Source: a virus (lineage: Duplodnaviria; Caudoviricetes). From it: a DNA stretch of 30,872 bases. Position 1 is the stretch's first letter. Each line of letters starts with the position of its first letter. Below are positions 18,153-26,612 of this stretch, in pieces. Under the pieces are notes generated by a model. It saw only the letters and a list, made by a program, of their open reading frames with translations. It made no database searches and was not told the origin of the DNA. A program made the position numbers and the translations under genes. The stretch lies in the IMG/VR virus record IMGVR_UViG_3300032306_000546, positions 1 through 30,872 of that record; one strand, written 5' to 3'.

Positions 18153-18698
18153 ATGGCAGTCAAAGAATTATCTGCGGAAATGGTCGAAGAACTTCAGGAT
18201 GCCGTTGCCGCATGGTTACAGATGGCAATCCTGAAAATGAAAAAAAATGCCGTTGATAAAAAGCTAAACAACACCGGAGAAAGTATTCAATCCATTGCTG
18301 GGCGGATGGTGGCAATGGATGATGGACAAATCGAGGTTCTGATTGACTTTAAAAACTCAGCCCGATTTGCCGATTATCGCAAAAATGTCAAGTATTCAAA
18401 GCTGCCACCGGTTGATCTTATAACCGATTGGGTATTATCTAAGGGAATTGGGTCATTTAAGTACGTTCCCGGGTATAAAAATTCGAATAAAAGACTTGTG
18501 GATACTGTTGCAGCCAGGCGCATTGCCTGGGGAGTGGCGGTAAGGCGATATGAAAAAGGATTTGGCCGCAGAAAACCGTGGTTTGCCAAATTAATGTATG
18601 GGCCTTTAATCGCCCAGCTTATTCAGACTTCAATTGATGTGATTGGAACATCATCAACAAAGCTTTTTGATTACAACTTAGACAAGGAAATTGGATAA
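18153..18698 (+). CDS. Putative neck/tail completion protein (HK97 gp10-like)
   Basis: NTGESIQSI, PPVDLITDW and RRKPWF motifs; basic; upstream of tape measure. Confidence 0.6.
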   Translation: MAVKELSAEMVEELQDAVAAWLQMAILKMKKNAVDKKLNNTGESIQSIAGRMVAMDDGQIEVLIDFKNSARFADYRKNVKYSKLPPVDLITDWVLSKGIGSFKYVPGYKNSNKRLVDTVAARRIAWGVAVRRYEKGFGRRKPWFAKLMYGPLIAQLIQTSIDVIGTSSTKLFDYNLDKEIG

Positions 18699-21175
18699 TG
18701 GCTGGAAATAAAACCGAAACCCAGATTGGGCTAAAGATCAACGGCGAAATCGCCGCCAAAACGATTAAGGAACTGGAAACCGAGGTTAAGAACCTTAACC
18801 GAGAGATGCGATTATTGCCTGTGGGCAGTCAGGAATTCGCAGATAAGGCCAAAGAACTTGGCACCGCTACCAACCGGCTGCATGAGGTCAGGGATGCAAC
18901 CAAACAAGTGCGCGAACAGATGAAGGAATTAGGCGATGGAGCCAAGAAAGCCAATGCCGACATCCTAGGAATGACCAGCACCGGGCGGATGATTCAGGAC
19001 TTTGCCACGACATTTGGAGCAGTCAGAACCGCAATAATGGCGAATGTTGCGGCAATGGGTGCTTTGCGGATTGCTTTGGCTGCCACCGGCATCGGCGCAA
19101 TCGTTCTGGCACTTACTGCGCTTTACACTTGGTTCACAAAAACCGATGAAGGAGCCAAAAAACTGGAAGGAATTACCACCGGATTGGGGCTGGCAATGAA
19201 GGTGGTCACTCAAATAGTGGGGAAATTGGGCGAATGGATATTTAAAGCGTTTGACAATCCCAAGGAAGCATTGAAGGAATTGGGAGATTTGGTCTTAAAT
19301 AACCTAATCAACCGGTTTACTGCTTTCGGAGTGATTTTAGAGGGCATCTTATCAGCGGACATGGAGAAAATTGCCAACGGTACCATCCAGTTAACCACAG
19401 GAATCGAGGATGCCACCACCAAAGCAAAGGAATTTAACAAGGAATTGACCGCCGCCGTGGCAGTTGGTAATCAATTGGCAGAACTAAATGATAAGCTTGA
19501 TGAGGATTCAGCCAATAATTTGGTGAAATCAGCCCAGCTGGAACAACAGATTACCCGGTTAATTCTACAATCAAAGGATAGAACGAAATCAGAACAGGAC
19601 AGGCTTGCCATTTTGGATCGGGCATCCAATTTGGAGAGGCAGAAATTGGCCCAGGATTTGGCAATTGCAAAGCAAAAAACAGAAATCGCCAAATTAGAAT
19701 TCGACCAGTTAGGGGAAAACGATGTTGCATCCGATGAAGCCAGAAGGAAATTCAGAGAAGCCCAGGCAGAGGAAATCGCTTTGCGTACTGAATCGATTAA
19801 TCTTCAGGAAAAAATCACCAATCGCCGGAATCAATTACTTGATTCAATCGATGAGGCCAGCCAGAAAAGCAGGGATTCCGAAAAGAAAGCCCAGGAAGAA
19901 GCCGATAAAGCTACTTTGGAATATGCCCGGAAGCTGACAGATTTAAGAATTGCCAACATCAAGGATGAATATGAAAGAAAAGATGCCGAAATCATGGTGG
20001 CCTTTGAAAGAGAATTGGCAAGCTTGCAGGCAAACGGTCAATTAACCGCTGAAATTGCGATTGAATTAGAGAATAAACAGGATGCGGCACTGTTGCAAAA
20101 TCGCCTGGATCGGGAAGCTGCGGAGGATGAGCGCAAAAAGAAGAAGACAGAAGACCAGATAAAAGCTGGAGAGGAGGAAATCGCGCTGGATGAAGAGCGT
20201 CAAACCATTGCAGTTGAAAAGTTGGTGGCAGCTGAAACCATCAAAGAGGAAAGGTTATTTCAAGTCAAACGATTGGGGCTTGAGAAGCGATTAAAACTTC
20301 TTCAGGATTTGGGCCAGGGAGAAACCAATGAAGCCAAAAAAATAGGTTTGGCCATTGAAAAACTTGATGCTGATCAAGCTAAAAAGCGGATTGATCTTGC
20401 AAAAAAGACCGCAGTCAACGAGGAACAGTTATCAGCTGCACGGCTTGACTTATTCAAGGGAACAGTCGGAGGCATCAAAGCAGCTTTGGCTGAGGATGAA
20501 GGAAACAGAAGGCGGTTCAGCGGTATTATTAAAGCACTAACCGTGGCAGAAATTGCGATTTCCGGAGTAAAGGAGATTCAAGGAATCTGGGCCAATGCAA
20601 ACTTGAATGCATTAAACGCAGTAATTCCCGGATGGGGGCCAGCATTTGCCACAATTCAATCCGCATTCGCCATAGCCAGAACTTCCTTTGCAGCTGCAAA
20701 GGCTGGAGGAATCACATTTGAGAAAGGTGGAATGATTACTCCGAAGGGTGGATACTTATCCGAAGGCAGCCGACATTCCGCTGGAGGAATTCACCTTACC
20801 GATGGTGGCACTGGAGCGCATTTGGGAGAGGTAGAAAAAGGCGAATTTCTGACCGTATTCAGCCGGACTGCATATCAAAACAACAAGGGAACAATTGATG
20901 CGCTTTTGAATTCAAGTTTATACCGGGGTGGAGCGCCTGTGGAAGGCCGTAAATATGCGGATGGCGGTACTATTGATTTAGGAACCAAAGCTGGACCAGG
21001 AGGCGATTCCGGAGCCGTGAATGTTTCCTTGGCACAGGCACAAATTGCCGAGATGCGCCAGCTTAATGCGGCATTTGCTGCGTTTCCAAAACAACTGTCT
21101 GCCGTGGTGGTGTACGAGCAGCAGCAGAGGCAGCTTTCAGATGCGGCCCGGATAGAAAGCCGGGCCAATAGTTAA
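18698..21175 (+). CDS. Tail tape measure protein
   Basis: 825 aa Ala/Glu/Lys-rich coiled coil, ATGIGAIV hydrophobic patch, C-terminal FEKGG/HSAGG/EKGEF/YADGG motifs. Confidence 0.9.
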   Translation: MAGNKTETQIGLKINGEIAAKTIKELETEVKNLNREMRLLPVGSQEFADKAKELGTATNRLHEVRDATKQVREQMKELGDGAKKANADILGMTSTGRMIQDFATTFGAVRTAIMANVAAMGALRIALAATGIGAIVLALTALYTWFTKTDEGAKKLEGITTGLGLAMKVVTQIVGKLGEWIFKAFDNPKEALKELGDLVLNNLINRFTAFGVILEGILSADMEKIANGTIQLTTGIEDATTKAKEFNKELTAAVAVGNQLAELNDKLDEDSANNLVKSAQLEQQITRLILQSKDRTKSEQDRLAILDRASNLERQKLAQDLAIAKQKTEIAKLEFDQLGENDVASDEARRKFREAQAEEIALRTESINLQEKITNRRNQLLDSIDEASQKSRDSEKKAQEEADKATLEYARKLTDLRIANIKDEYERKDAEIMVAFERELASLQANGQLTAEIAIELENKQDAALLQNRLDREAAEDERKKKKTEDQIKAGEEEIALDEERQTIAVEKLVAAETIKEERLFQVKRLGLEKRLKLLQDLGQGETNEAKKIGLAIEKLDADQAKKRIDLAKKTAVNEEQLSAARLDLFKGTVGGIKAALAEDEGNRRRFSGIIKALTVAEIAISGVKEIQGIWANANLNALNAVIPGWGPAFATIQSAFAIARTSFAAAKAGGITFEKGGMITPKGGYLSEGSRHSAGGIHLTDGGTGAHLGEVEKGEFLTVFSRTAYQNNKGTIDALLNSSLYRGGAPVEGRKYADGGTIDLGTKAGPGGDSGAVNVSLAQAQIAEMRQLNAAFAAFPKQLSAVVVYEQQQRQLSDAARIESRANS

Positions 21176-21179
21176 TCGA

Positions 21180-21218
21180 TTTTTATTTTCGGTTTTATTT
21201 TCGGTTTATTTTTTTTTG
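21180..21218. repeat. Tandem T-rich repeat (TTTTATTTTCGG x2 plus a partial copy)
   Basis: Read directly between the tape measure stop and the replication promoter. Confidence 0.7.
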
Positions 21219-21245
21219 AAACATCAATAAAGTTGGTTAAAGTTG
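21215..21245 (+). promoter_or_regulatory. Bacteroidota-type promoter for the replication operon
   Basis: TTTG at 21215-21218, 19-nt spacer, TAAAGTTG at 21238-21245 (one mismatch to TAnnTTTG). Confidence 0.5.
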
Positions 21246-21267
21246 CGGAAACTTAATCAATAAACAG

Positions 21268-21483
21268 ATGGCGATAAGGCGAAAGGATCGACCGCAATAT
21301 TTGGCGGTTTTAAAGGAGGTCAAGGGATTGACCTATTTTGGATACACTGACAAAGTGATTTCCGCAGCACAGAAGAAAGGAAAACCAGTAACGCAGAGTC
21401 AAGTGTACAGGGTTGTTTCCGGCCAGTTTAAAGACTGGGCTTTATTAAATGAAATCAAAGAAGTACTGGCGGAGGAAATATGA
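21268..21483 (+). CDS. Small basic HTH-like protein
   Basis: VTQSQVYRVVSG recognition-helix pattern; ATGA-coupled to the primase-helicase. Confidence 0.55.
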   Translation: MAIRRKDRPQYLAVLKEVKGLTYFGYTDKVISAAQKKGKPVTQSQVYRVVSGQFKDWALLNEIKEVLAEEI

Positions 21484-24347
21484 AAAATATTCAAGTGAGT
21501 TTTTTCGAAGGCGGAATTGCCGTTACGAAGCCGACCAGAAATGTTTCTTTGGAAGAGGCAGTCGAATACATCCGGGAAGGGAAAGGATATGCCACAATTC
21601 GACCAGTGCGAATTGAAACGGATGAAAAAAAGAAAAAGGAACTTAAAAAGCGGTGTTCCTATTTTACATTTTCAGGCACATTCTCCGCAAGAAATGCGGC
21701 GAGTCTTGAAAAGCATTCAGGATTAATCACCTTGGATTTTGACAATGTCGGCGATGTGGAAGCGGTGGCGCTCCAGCTGATGGAAGACCGTTACATCATG
21801 GTGATGTTTCGTTCAACCGGTGGCGAAGGACTCAAAGCCCTGGCAAAGATTGATCCCGATAAACATCTTGAATCATTCAATTCCCTGGCAAAATACTTTC
21901 ACCATAAATATGGTCTGGAACTCGATGCATCCGGCAAAGACATTTGCAGGGCTTGCTTTGAATCCATTGATGAAAACATCTATGTGAACGAGGATTCAAG
22001 CGTTTATCTGCCCGAAATCGAAATGGAAATCGACATGGAAACCGGAGAGGTTTTGACCAATGTCAGGCAGTTTCAACCATACGAGGTAAAATCGGAATTC
22101 GACTATGTTCAGGGAGTCGTGAACCAAGTGGCGGCACTGGGAATTGATTTAACCACCGGTTACAACGAGTGGTTGAAAATCGGGTTTTCTCTGGCATCTC
22201 TGGGCGAGGCTGGCAGACATCTATTTCATCAAATCAGCGGATCCAATATTGATTACAACGAAAAAGATTGCGACCAGAAGTTTGACAACTGTTTAAAAAC
22301 AACCACATGGCGCGATCCGGCTTATTTCCTCAGCCAAGCCAAAAAAGCTGGATGCGATATGCGGAAGTTTATCCGCACCGAATCGATTCAACCGGTTAAA
22401 AAATCCGCCAATCAGGCCAGCGCAGAGGAGCCAGAGGAAATGGTGAACAATGTGCTGGTGATTCGATTTCCGGTGAAGCTTTCAAAGTCTGAGGAAAAGG
22501 AATGCGGCGATTTTGTCCGGAAATATGGATTTCTCAGCTGGAAAAATATCACCTACATCGGCAAAATTAGGGATGGCGAAATGACTTTTGAGCCAAAGTC
22601 CAATTTTACAATGGCACCGCACTACCTAGTGACTGATGAAGAGGGTAAAACGACCAGGATTATTGAATTCACCAATTCAAAAAAGGAGCGCAGAATCGAC
22701 CACATTACGACCGATGCATTTGTTTCTGTGGATTCATTTGCAAAGTATGTTGAAAGGGGAAACTTCTGGTCTTTGTTTGATCGAAGGGAATGGACTAAAG
22801 TCAAATCATGGCTATATGAGGTGACACCAGCCGCCAAAGAAATCAACACACTAGGCCAACAGGAGGATGGATTTTTTGCGTTTTCAAATGGCATTCTGGC
22901 AGAGGGAAAATTTCACGAAATCAACAACCTTGGAATCGTGACTTTGAAATCAAAAAACTACTTTTTCCCGGCGCTTTCAGACATCTATCGAAACAACCGG
23001 ATGACCTACCAGTTCGAAAGGGAGTTTGTCCATGTGAAAAGAAACATCGCATTCAGCAGCTGGGCGGAATTGTTCTGTAAGGTGTACGGTGAAAACGGTC
23101 GGATTGGATTAATGTATTGCTGCATGGCGATGTTTTCGGACATTATATTTAAGACCGATGGATTTTTCCCGATGCTTTATTTATACGGCAAACCGGAGTC
23201 AGGGAAATCGACAATGGCTTATTCAATTCTTTCTTTACTTCATAAAACAGAAGGCAAATCGGTCGGTAGTAATATCAATTCAGTTTCAATGGCGGCACTA
23301 TTCAGGAAGCTTGGACAAGTCCGGAACGGAATGGTTCTGCTGGAGGAGTACAATAATGAACTGGACACCAAACAAGTCGAGATTTTAAAACAGATCTGGA
23401 ACCGGGATGCGTACTTAAAAGCAGATTCTTCTCAGTCAAATACCTCAAACAGGACTGTGAGCCATCAGATTGAATCCAGTGTTGTTATAACTGGTCAGCA
23501 CTTACCGGTGGCTGATGTGGCACTATTCACCAGAGTGGTTTTACTTCAGTTTTTCAAAAACGATGGATTTTCGGAAGAATCGATGGAATTGATTTCGGAT
23601 TTGAAGTCTTTGCAAAATGAATCATTGACACAGATTGCCACATCCATTTTAAAGCACCGCCCAGAGATGGAGGAGAGTTATGCGGCCAATTACAAGTACT
23701 GGAAAAAGAAGTTTGCCAAGCGCTTTGTGGGAACTAATGTCAGCCGAATCGGGCAACACTGCGCCATCGTAATGGCGATTTATCAAACATTATCCAGCAA
23801 GCTGAATTTTCCGTTTGTTGAAGAGGAATTACGGATCAGTTTGGAAAAAATAGCTGAGGCACAAAACGGCATGATGCAAAACTCCGAGGAATCATCCCAG
23901 TTCTGGGAAGCCATGGCATATTTGGTTCACTCCGGCATTTTGGAAGAGAATCGCCAGTTCACTTTTCGGGAACTTCAAACCATTGCCGTGCGCCGGGATT
24001 CCGCAAAATCCGAAACCATGTACAACATGGGCCAGATCACCGAAGTTTTATTTATTCGCCTGAATCAGATTCAGCCTGTATATGCGAAGGAAATGAGGCA
24101 GCGAGGCCAGAAATATATGGATTCAGATACTTTGCGTAGTTACCTGAAAAATTCACCGGCTTACATTGGCGAAAAGAAGTCGATGAAGTTTGGGGAAAGC
24201 AATTCATCGGCGATGGTTTTTAATTATACCATGCTCCAGGAGGATTTCAGCTTGAGGAAACTCAGCTACATGGCTGACACCAGCGAAAGCCAATTGTCGG
24301 TGGTTGATTACGAAGAAAAAGCAGAATACAATTCAGTACCTTTTTAA
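21480..24347 (+). CDS. Primase-helicase (BT4734/VirE-N-like + PriCT-2 + P-loop helicase)
   Basis: TFSGTF..R...HSGLITLDFD and FRSTGGEGLK...LDASGKDICRACF (BT4734-like); YNEWLKIGFSLA...FHQIS (PriCT-2); Walker A GKPESGKST; Walker B VLLEEY. Confidence 0.9.
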   Translation: MKNIQVSFFEGGIAVTKPTRNVSLEEAVEYIREGKGYATIRPVRIETDEKKKKELKKRCSYFTFSGTFSARNAASLEKHSGLITLDFDNVGDVEAVALQLMEDRYIMVMFRSTGGEGLKALAKIDPDKHLESFNSLAKYFHHKYGLELDASGKDICRACFESIDENIYVNEDSSVYLPEIEMEIDMETGEVLTNVRQFQPYEVKSEFDYVQGVVNQVAALGIDLTTGYNEWLKIGFSLASLGEAGRHLFHQISGSNIDYNEKDCDQKFDNCLKTTTWRDPAYFLSQAKKAGCDMRKFIRTESIQPVKKSANQASAEEPEEMVNNVLVIRFPVKLSKSEEKECGDFVRKYGFLSWKNITYIGKIRDGEMTFEPKSNFTMAPHYLVTDEEGKTTRIIEFTNSKKERRIDHITTDAFVSVDSFAKYVERGNFWSLFDRREWTKVKSWLYEVTPAAKEINTLGQQEDGFFAFSNGILAEGKFHEINNLGIVTLKSKNYFFPALSDIYRNNRMTYQFEREFVHVKRNIAFSSWAELFCKVYGENGRIGLMYCCMAMFSDIIFKTDGFFPMLYLYGKPESGKSTMAYSILSLLHKTEGKSVGSNINSVSMAALFRKLGQVRNGMVLLEEYNNELDTKQVEILKQIWNRDAYLKADSSQSNTSNRTVSHQIESSVVITGQHLPVADVALFTRVVLLQFFKNDGFSEESMELISDLKSLQNESLTQIATSILKHRPEMEESYAANYKYWKKKFAKRFVGTNVSRIGQHCAIVMAIYQTLSSKLNFPFVEEELRISLEKIAEAQNGMMQNSEESSQFWEAMAYLVHSGILEENRQFTFRELQTIAVRRDSAKSETMYNMGQITEVLFIRLNQIQPVYAKEMRQRGQKYMDSDTLRSYLKNSPAYIGEKKSMKFGESNSSAMVFNYTMLQEDFSLRKLSYMADTSESQLSVVDYEEKAEYNSVPF

Positions 24348-24351
24348 GATT

Positions 24352-24543
24352 ATGGCAGATTTTTCCCTTTGCAAAAATTACTTGTGTCCAATGTCAGAGA
24401 ACTGCGAAAGGTTCACGACAAAGCCGGATCACCTTTATCAATCATATTCCGATTTCGAACCGGATGATGATGGGAACTGCGATTACTTTAAAGAATCTAA
24501 AATTTTTAATTCAGAAGAATATGAAAGCGACACTGATTTTTAA
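24352..24543 (+). CDS. Small Cys-rich protein (63 aa)
   Basis: C-x4-C-x5-C-xRF...QSY..F...C pattern. Confidence 0.7.
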   Translation: MADFSLCKNYLCPMSENCERFTTKPDHLYQSYSDFEPDDDGNCDYFKESKIFNSEEYESDTDF

Positions 24544-24751
24544 CCTAGACGACTACGATGATAGCTTTGCACATCGGCGATGCATTAAAGCTTATGATAT
24601 GGCTTTGGCATTAAACCAAATCCAAATGCATTTGCGGAATGTGCTGAAAAAAACTGAGGATGGAAAAAGCATTGATGGGTTCACCTTACAAAGCAATATT
24701 CAAGAAATTTTGGAATGCCACGATATCAATCTTAATCTTTTGATTGAATAA
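24521..24751 (+). CDS. Hypothetical protein (76 aa)
   Basis: MKATLIFNL start with A-rich context. Confidence 0.7.
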   Translation: MKATLIFNLDDYDDSFAHRRCIKAYDMALALNQIQMHLRNVLKKTEDGKSIDGFTLQSNIQEILECHDINLNLLIE

Positions 24752-24753
24752 TT

Positions 24754-25008
24754 ATGAGATTGATTATTACAATTCATTTTGCCTTTCAATTGCTTTTTTT
24801 ATCGTGCAAAAAACAAGACTGTCAAACTTGCACCCAGACTCTGGCGGAGGATTATTACCCGGCACGAAAGGATTTTCCAAAAACGACATCCAGTTCCTAT
24901 TATTCCTGTGGGCCAAACAATTCCTGGATTGGGGAGCAAATCAAAGTTCAGCGATTCGTTTTTAAAGATACTTTGGTCACGAAAATTCTAACCGTGGACT
25001 GCAAATGA
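24754..25008 (+). CDS. Putative lipoprotein, Cys-rich
   Basis: Signal peptide with lipobox FLS-C, followed by KKQD and CxxC. Confidence 0.7.
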   Translation: MRLIITIHFAFQLLFLSCKKQDCQTCTQTLAEDYYPARKDFPKTTSSSYYSCGPNNSWIGEQIKVQRFVFKDTLVTKILTVDCK

Positions 25009-25190
25009 GATTGATTTTTGCTTTGGCTTTGGTTTTTTTATCGAGCTGCTACCGGAGATTTGTGTTTGACCATAAAACGCAAAAGTGGGACACATTTATG
25101 GGAAGAGGCAAACCTTTCAGAAGTAAAAAAAAACCGACTAAAGCAAAGCACACACCCAATCCTTTTTACAATATTATCAAAGAAAAATAA
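25005..25190 (+). CDS. Putative lipoprotein, basic
   Basis: MRLIFALALVFLSS-C lipobox; ATGA coupling. Confidence 0.65.
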   Translation: MRLIFALALVFLSSCYRRFVFDHKTQKWDTFMGRGKPFRSKKKPTKAKHTPNPFYNIIKEK

Positions 25191-25195
25191 ACGAA

Positions 25196-25465
25196 ATGAA
25201 AGCAGAAGACAAAATCAAAAAAGGGTATTATTTGGTTTGCCTGAGCGCATTTGTACTTGAATGTGGATCAACAATGTATATTTCAACAGTAACTGATAAA
25301 TCTTTTTGGATGGTTTTTTATGCTATGATTGGGCCGTTTTTGGGATTGCCATTTGTGGGATACATTATTGAGGCAAAAAACTGGAATCAGAGAATTAAAC
25401 TTGCCTTTACCTCCTCGATTGGTTATGGTCTTGGTGCGCTTTTTATTTATGTTTTAAATAAATAA
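25196..25465 (+). CDS. Small 3-TM membrane protein
   Basis: Three hydrophobic segments; A-rich start context. Confidence 0.7.
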   Translation: MKAEDKIKKGYYLVCLSAFVLECGSTMYISTVTDKSFWMVFYAMIGPFLGLPFVGYIIEAKNWNQRIKLAFTSSIGYGLGALFIYVLNK

Positions 25466-25470
25466 ACGAA

Positions 25471-25806
25471 ATGGAAATAGAAGAGAAAACCAAAATGAAT
25501 GTCTATTACTGCGAAAACAAGCACATGACATTCACATCCGAGCCAATCATTTATGAATGGATGGCACCGGTTAAAATCACTTGTCCGAAATGCCAAGCCC
25601 AGGCAGAATCGTGTTACCATCCCGAATCAATTCAGGATCGACAGGATTTGATTGATATCAAATTTTTTAAGCCAGCGGATTTCCGCCAGATTCAAAAGAG
25701 TTTGGAAGTTAATCGCCCGAATGAAGTTTGGACAATGGGCAGAGCAAAAGACATTTTTGACAAGCTAAATTTTCAGAAACAATATTTTTACATTAAAGTC
25801 AAATGA
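25471..25806 (+). CDS. Putative zinc-ribbon protein
   Basis: YYCENKH...CPKC. Confidence 0.65.
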   Translation: MEIEEKTKMNVYYCENKHMTFTSEPIIYEWMAPVKITCPKCQAQAESCYHPESIQDRQDLIDIKFFKPADFRQIQKSLEVNRPNEVWTMGRAKDIFDKLNFQKQYFYIKVK

Positions 25807-26084
25807 AGCGAGAAAACATCGGCAGAGCGCTTGCCATCCAAAACAAATTGCAGAAACTGGAACAATGGATTTCTGCGCTGGATCATCCAGAGCGATTGGA
25901 TATTTTAATTCGTGATCCAAATGCGCCAGCGGAAGACAGATTATTAACCATCAAACATGATGTGGATTATTCATTACCAACCGATATTCCATCTTCAGTT
26001 ACAAGTGGTGTTTTTTTGGCTTGGGTCGAAGGTTATTTAAATCGAGAGCGAAATTTTCTTTTGAATCAGCTGGAGCAATTATGA
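25803..26084 (+). CDS. Hypothetical protein
   Basis: 93 aa, ATGA overlaps at both ends. Confidence 0.65.
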   Translation: MKRENIGRALAIQNKLQKLEQWISALDHPERLDILIRDPNAPAEDRLLTIKHDVDYSLPTDIPSSVTSGVFLAWVEGYLNRERNFLLNQLEQL

Positions 26085-26395
26085 GAAAGCTTTCGGATTT
26101 AGACCTGAAATTGATTGAGCGAGAAACCAAGGTTTCACGGTATCACAAGCGAATCGTTTATGTGTATTATCGTGAATCGGTTGCGCCATTCCGGAAATGG
26201 GACAAGATGAAATTTTGGGCATATACCCACATGGAAGAGATTGAAACCCGGCACCGGTTGAAGGACATGGGATGGAATTGTTTTTGCCGACACTGGCGAT
26301 CCCCAAAAAAATCGCCACCTGAAGATCACATCGAAGTGCGTGAAGGATTGATACGACCGCCGATCAAAGATTGTTTTTTGGTTAGGTTAAAATGA
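26081..26395 (+). CDS. Hypothetical basic protein (104 aa)
   Basis: ATGA coupling at 26081; followed by a terminator. Confidence 0.6.
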   Translation: MRKLSDLDLKLIERETKVSRYHKRIVYVYYRESVAPFRKWDKMKFWAYTHMEEIETRHRLKDMGWNCFCRHWRSPKKSPPEDHIEVREGLIRPPIKDCFLVRLK

Positions 26396-26401
26396 GGTGT
26401 T

Positions 26402-26433
26402 AAAAAGCCGCCGGGGTTCCTGGCGGTTTTTTT
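26402..26433 (+). terminator. Intrinsic terminator closing the replication operon
   Basis: AAAAAGCCGCCGGG-GTT-CCTGGCGG followed by T7. Confidence 0.85.
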
Positions 26434-26442
26434 ATATTTGCG

Positions 26443-26505
26443 ACTTATCGCTTCTGTTTTATTTTTTCTGAAGTCAAAGAGACCGGCACATTTGCCGGTT
26501 TTTTT
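26443..26505 (+). ncRNA. Candidate small RNA 2
   Basis: TATATTTG at 26433-26440, about 35 nt U-rich body without an ORF, then its own terminator. No clear -33 element. Confidence 0.4.
26482..26505 (+). terminator. Second intrinsic terminator
   Basis: ACCGGCA-CATT-TGCCGG followed by T7. Confidence 0.8.
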
Positions 26506-26612
26506 GCGTTTAATCAAAATCTAAAATCTTAAAATAGTTCAATGCTGAACTATCCGGAAAATCCGGATGAATCAATCAATTTAGAAAGACAAACATGAAC
26601 GAATTGCGGTTT

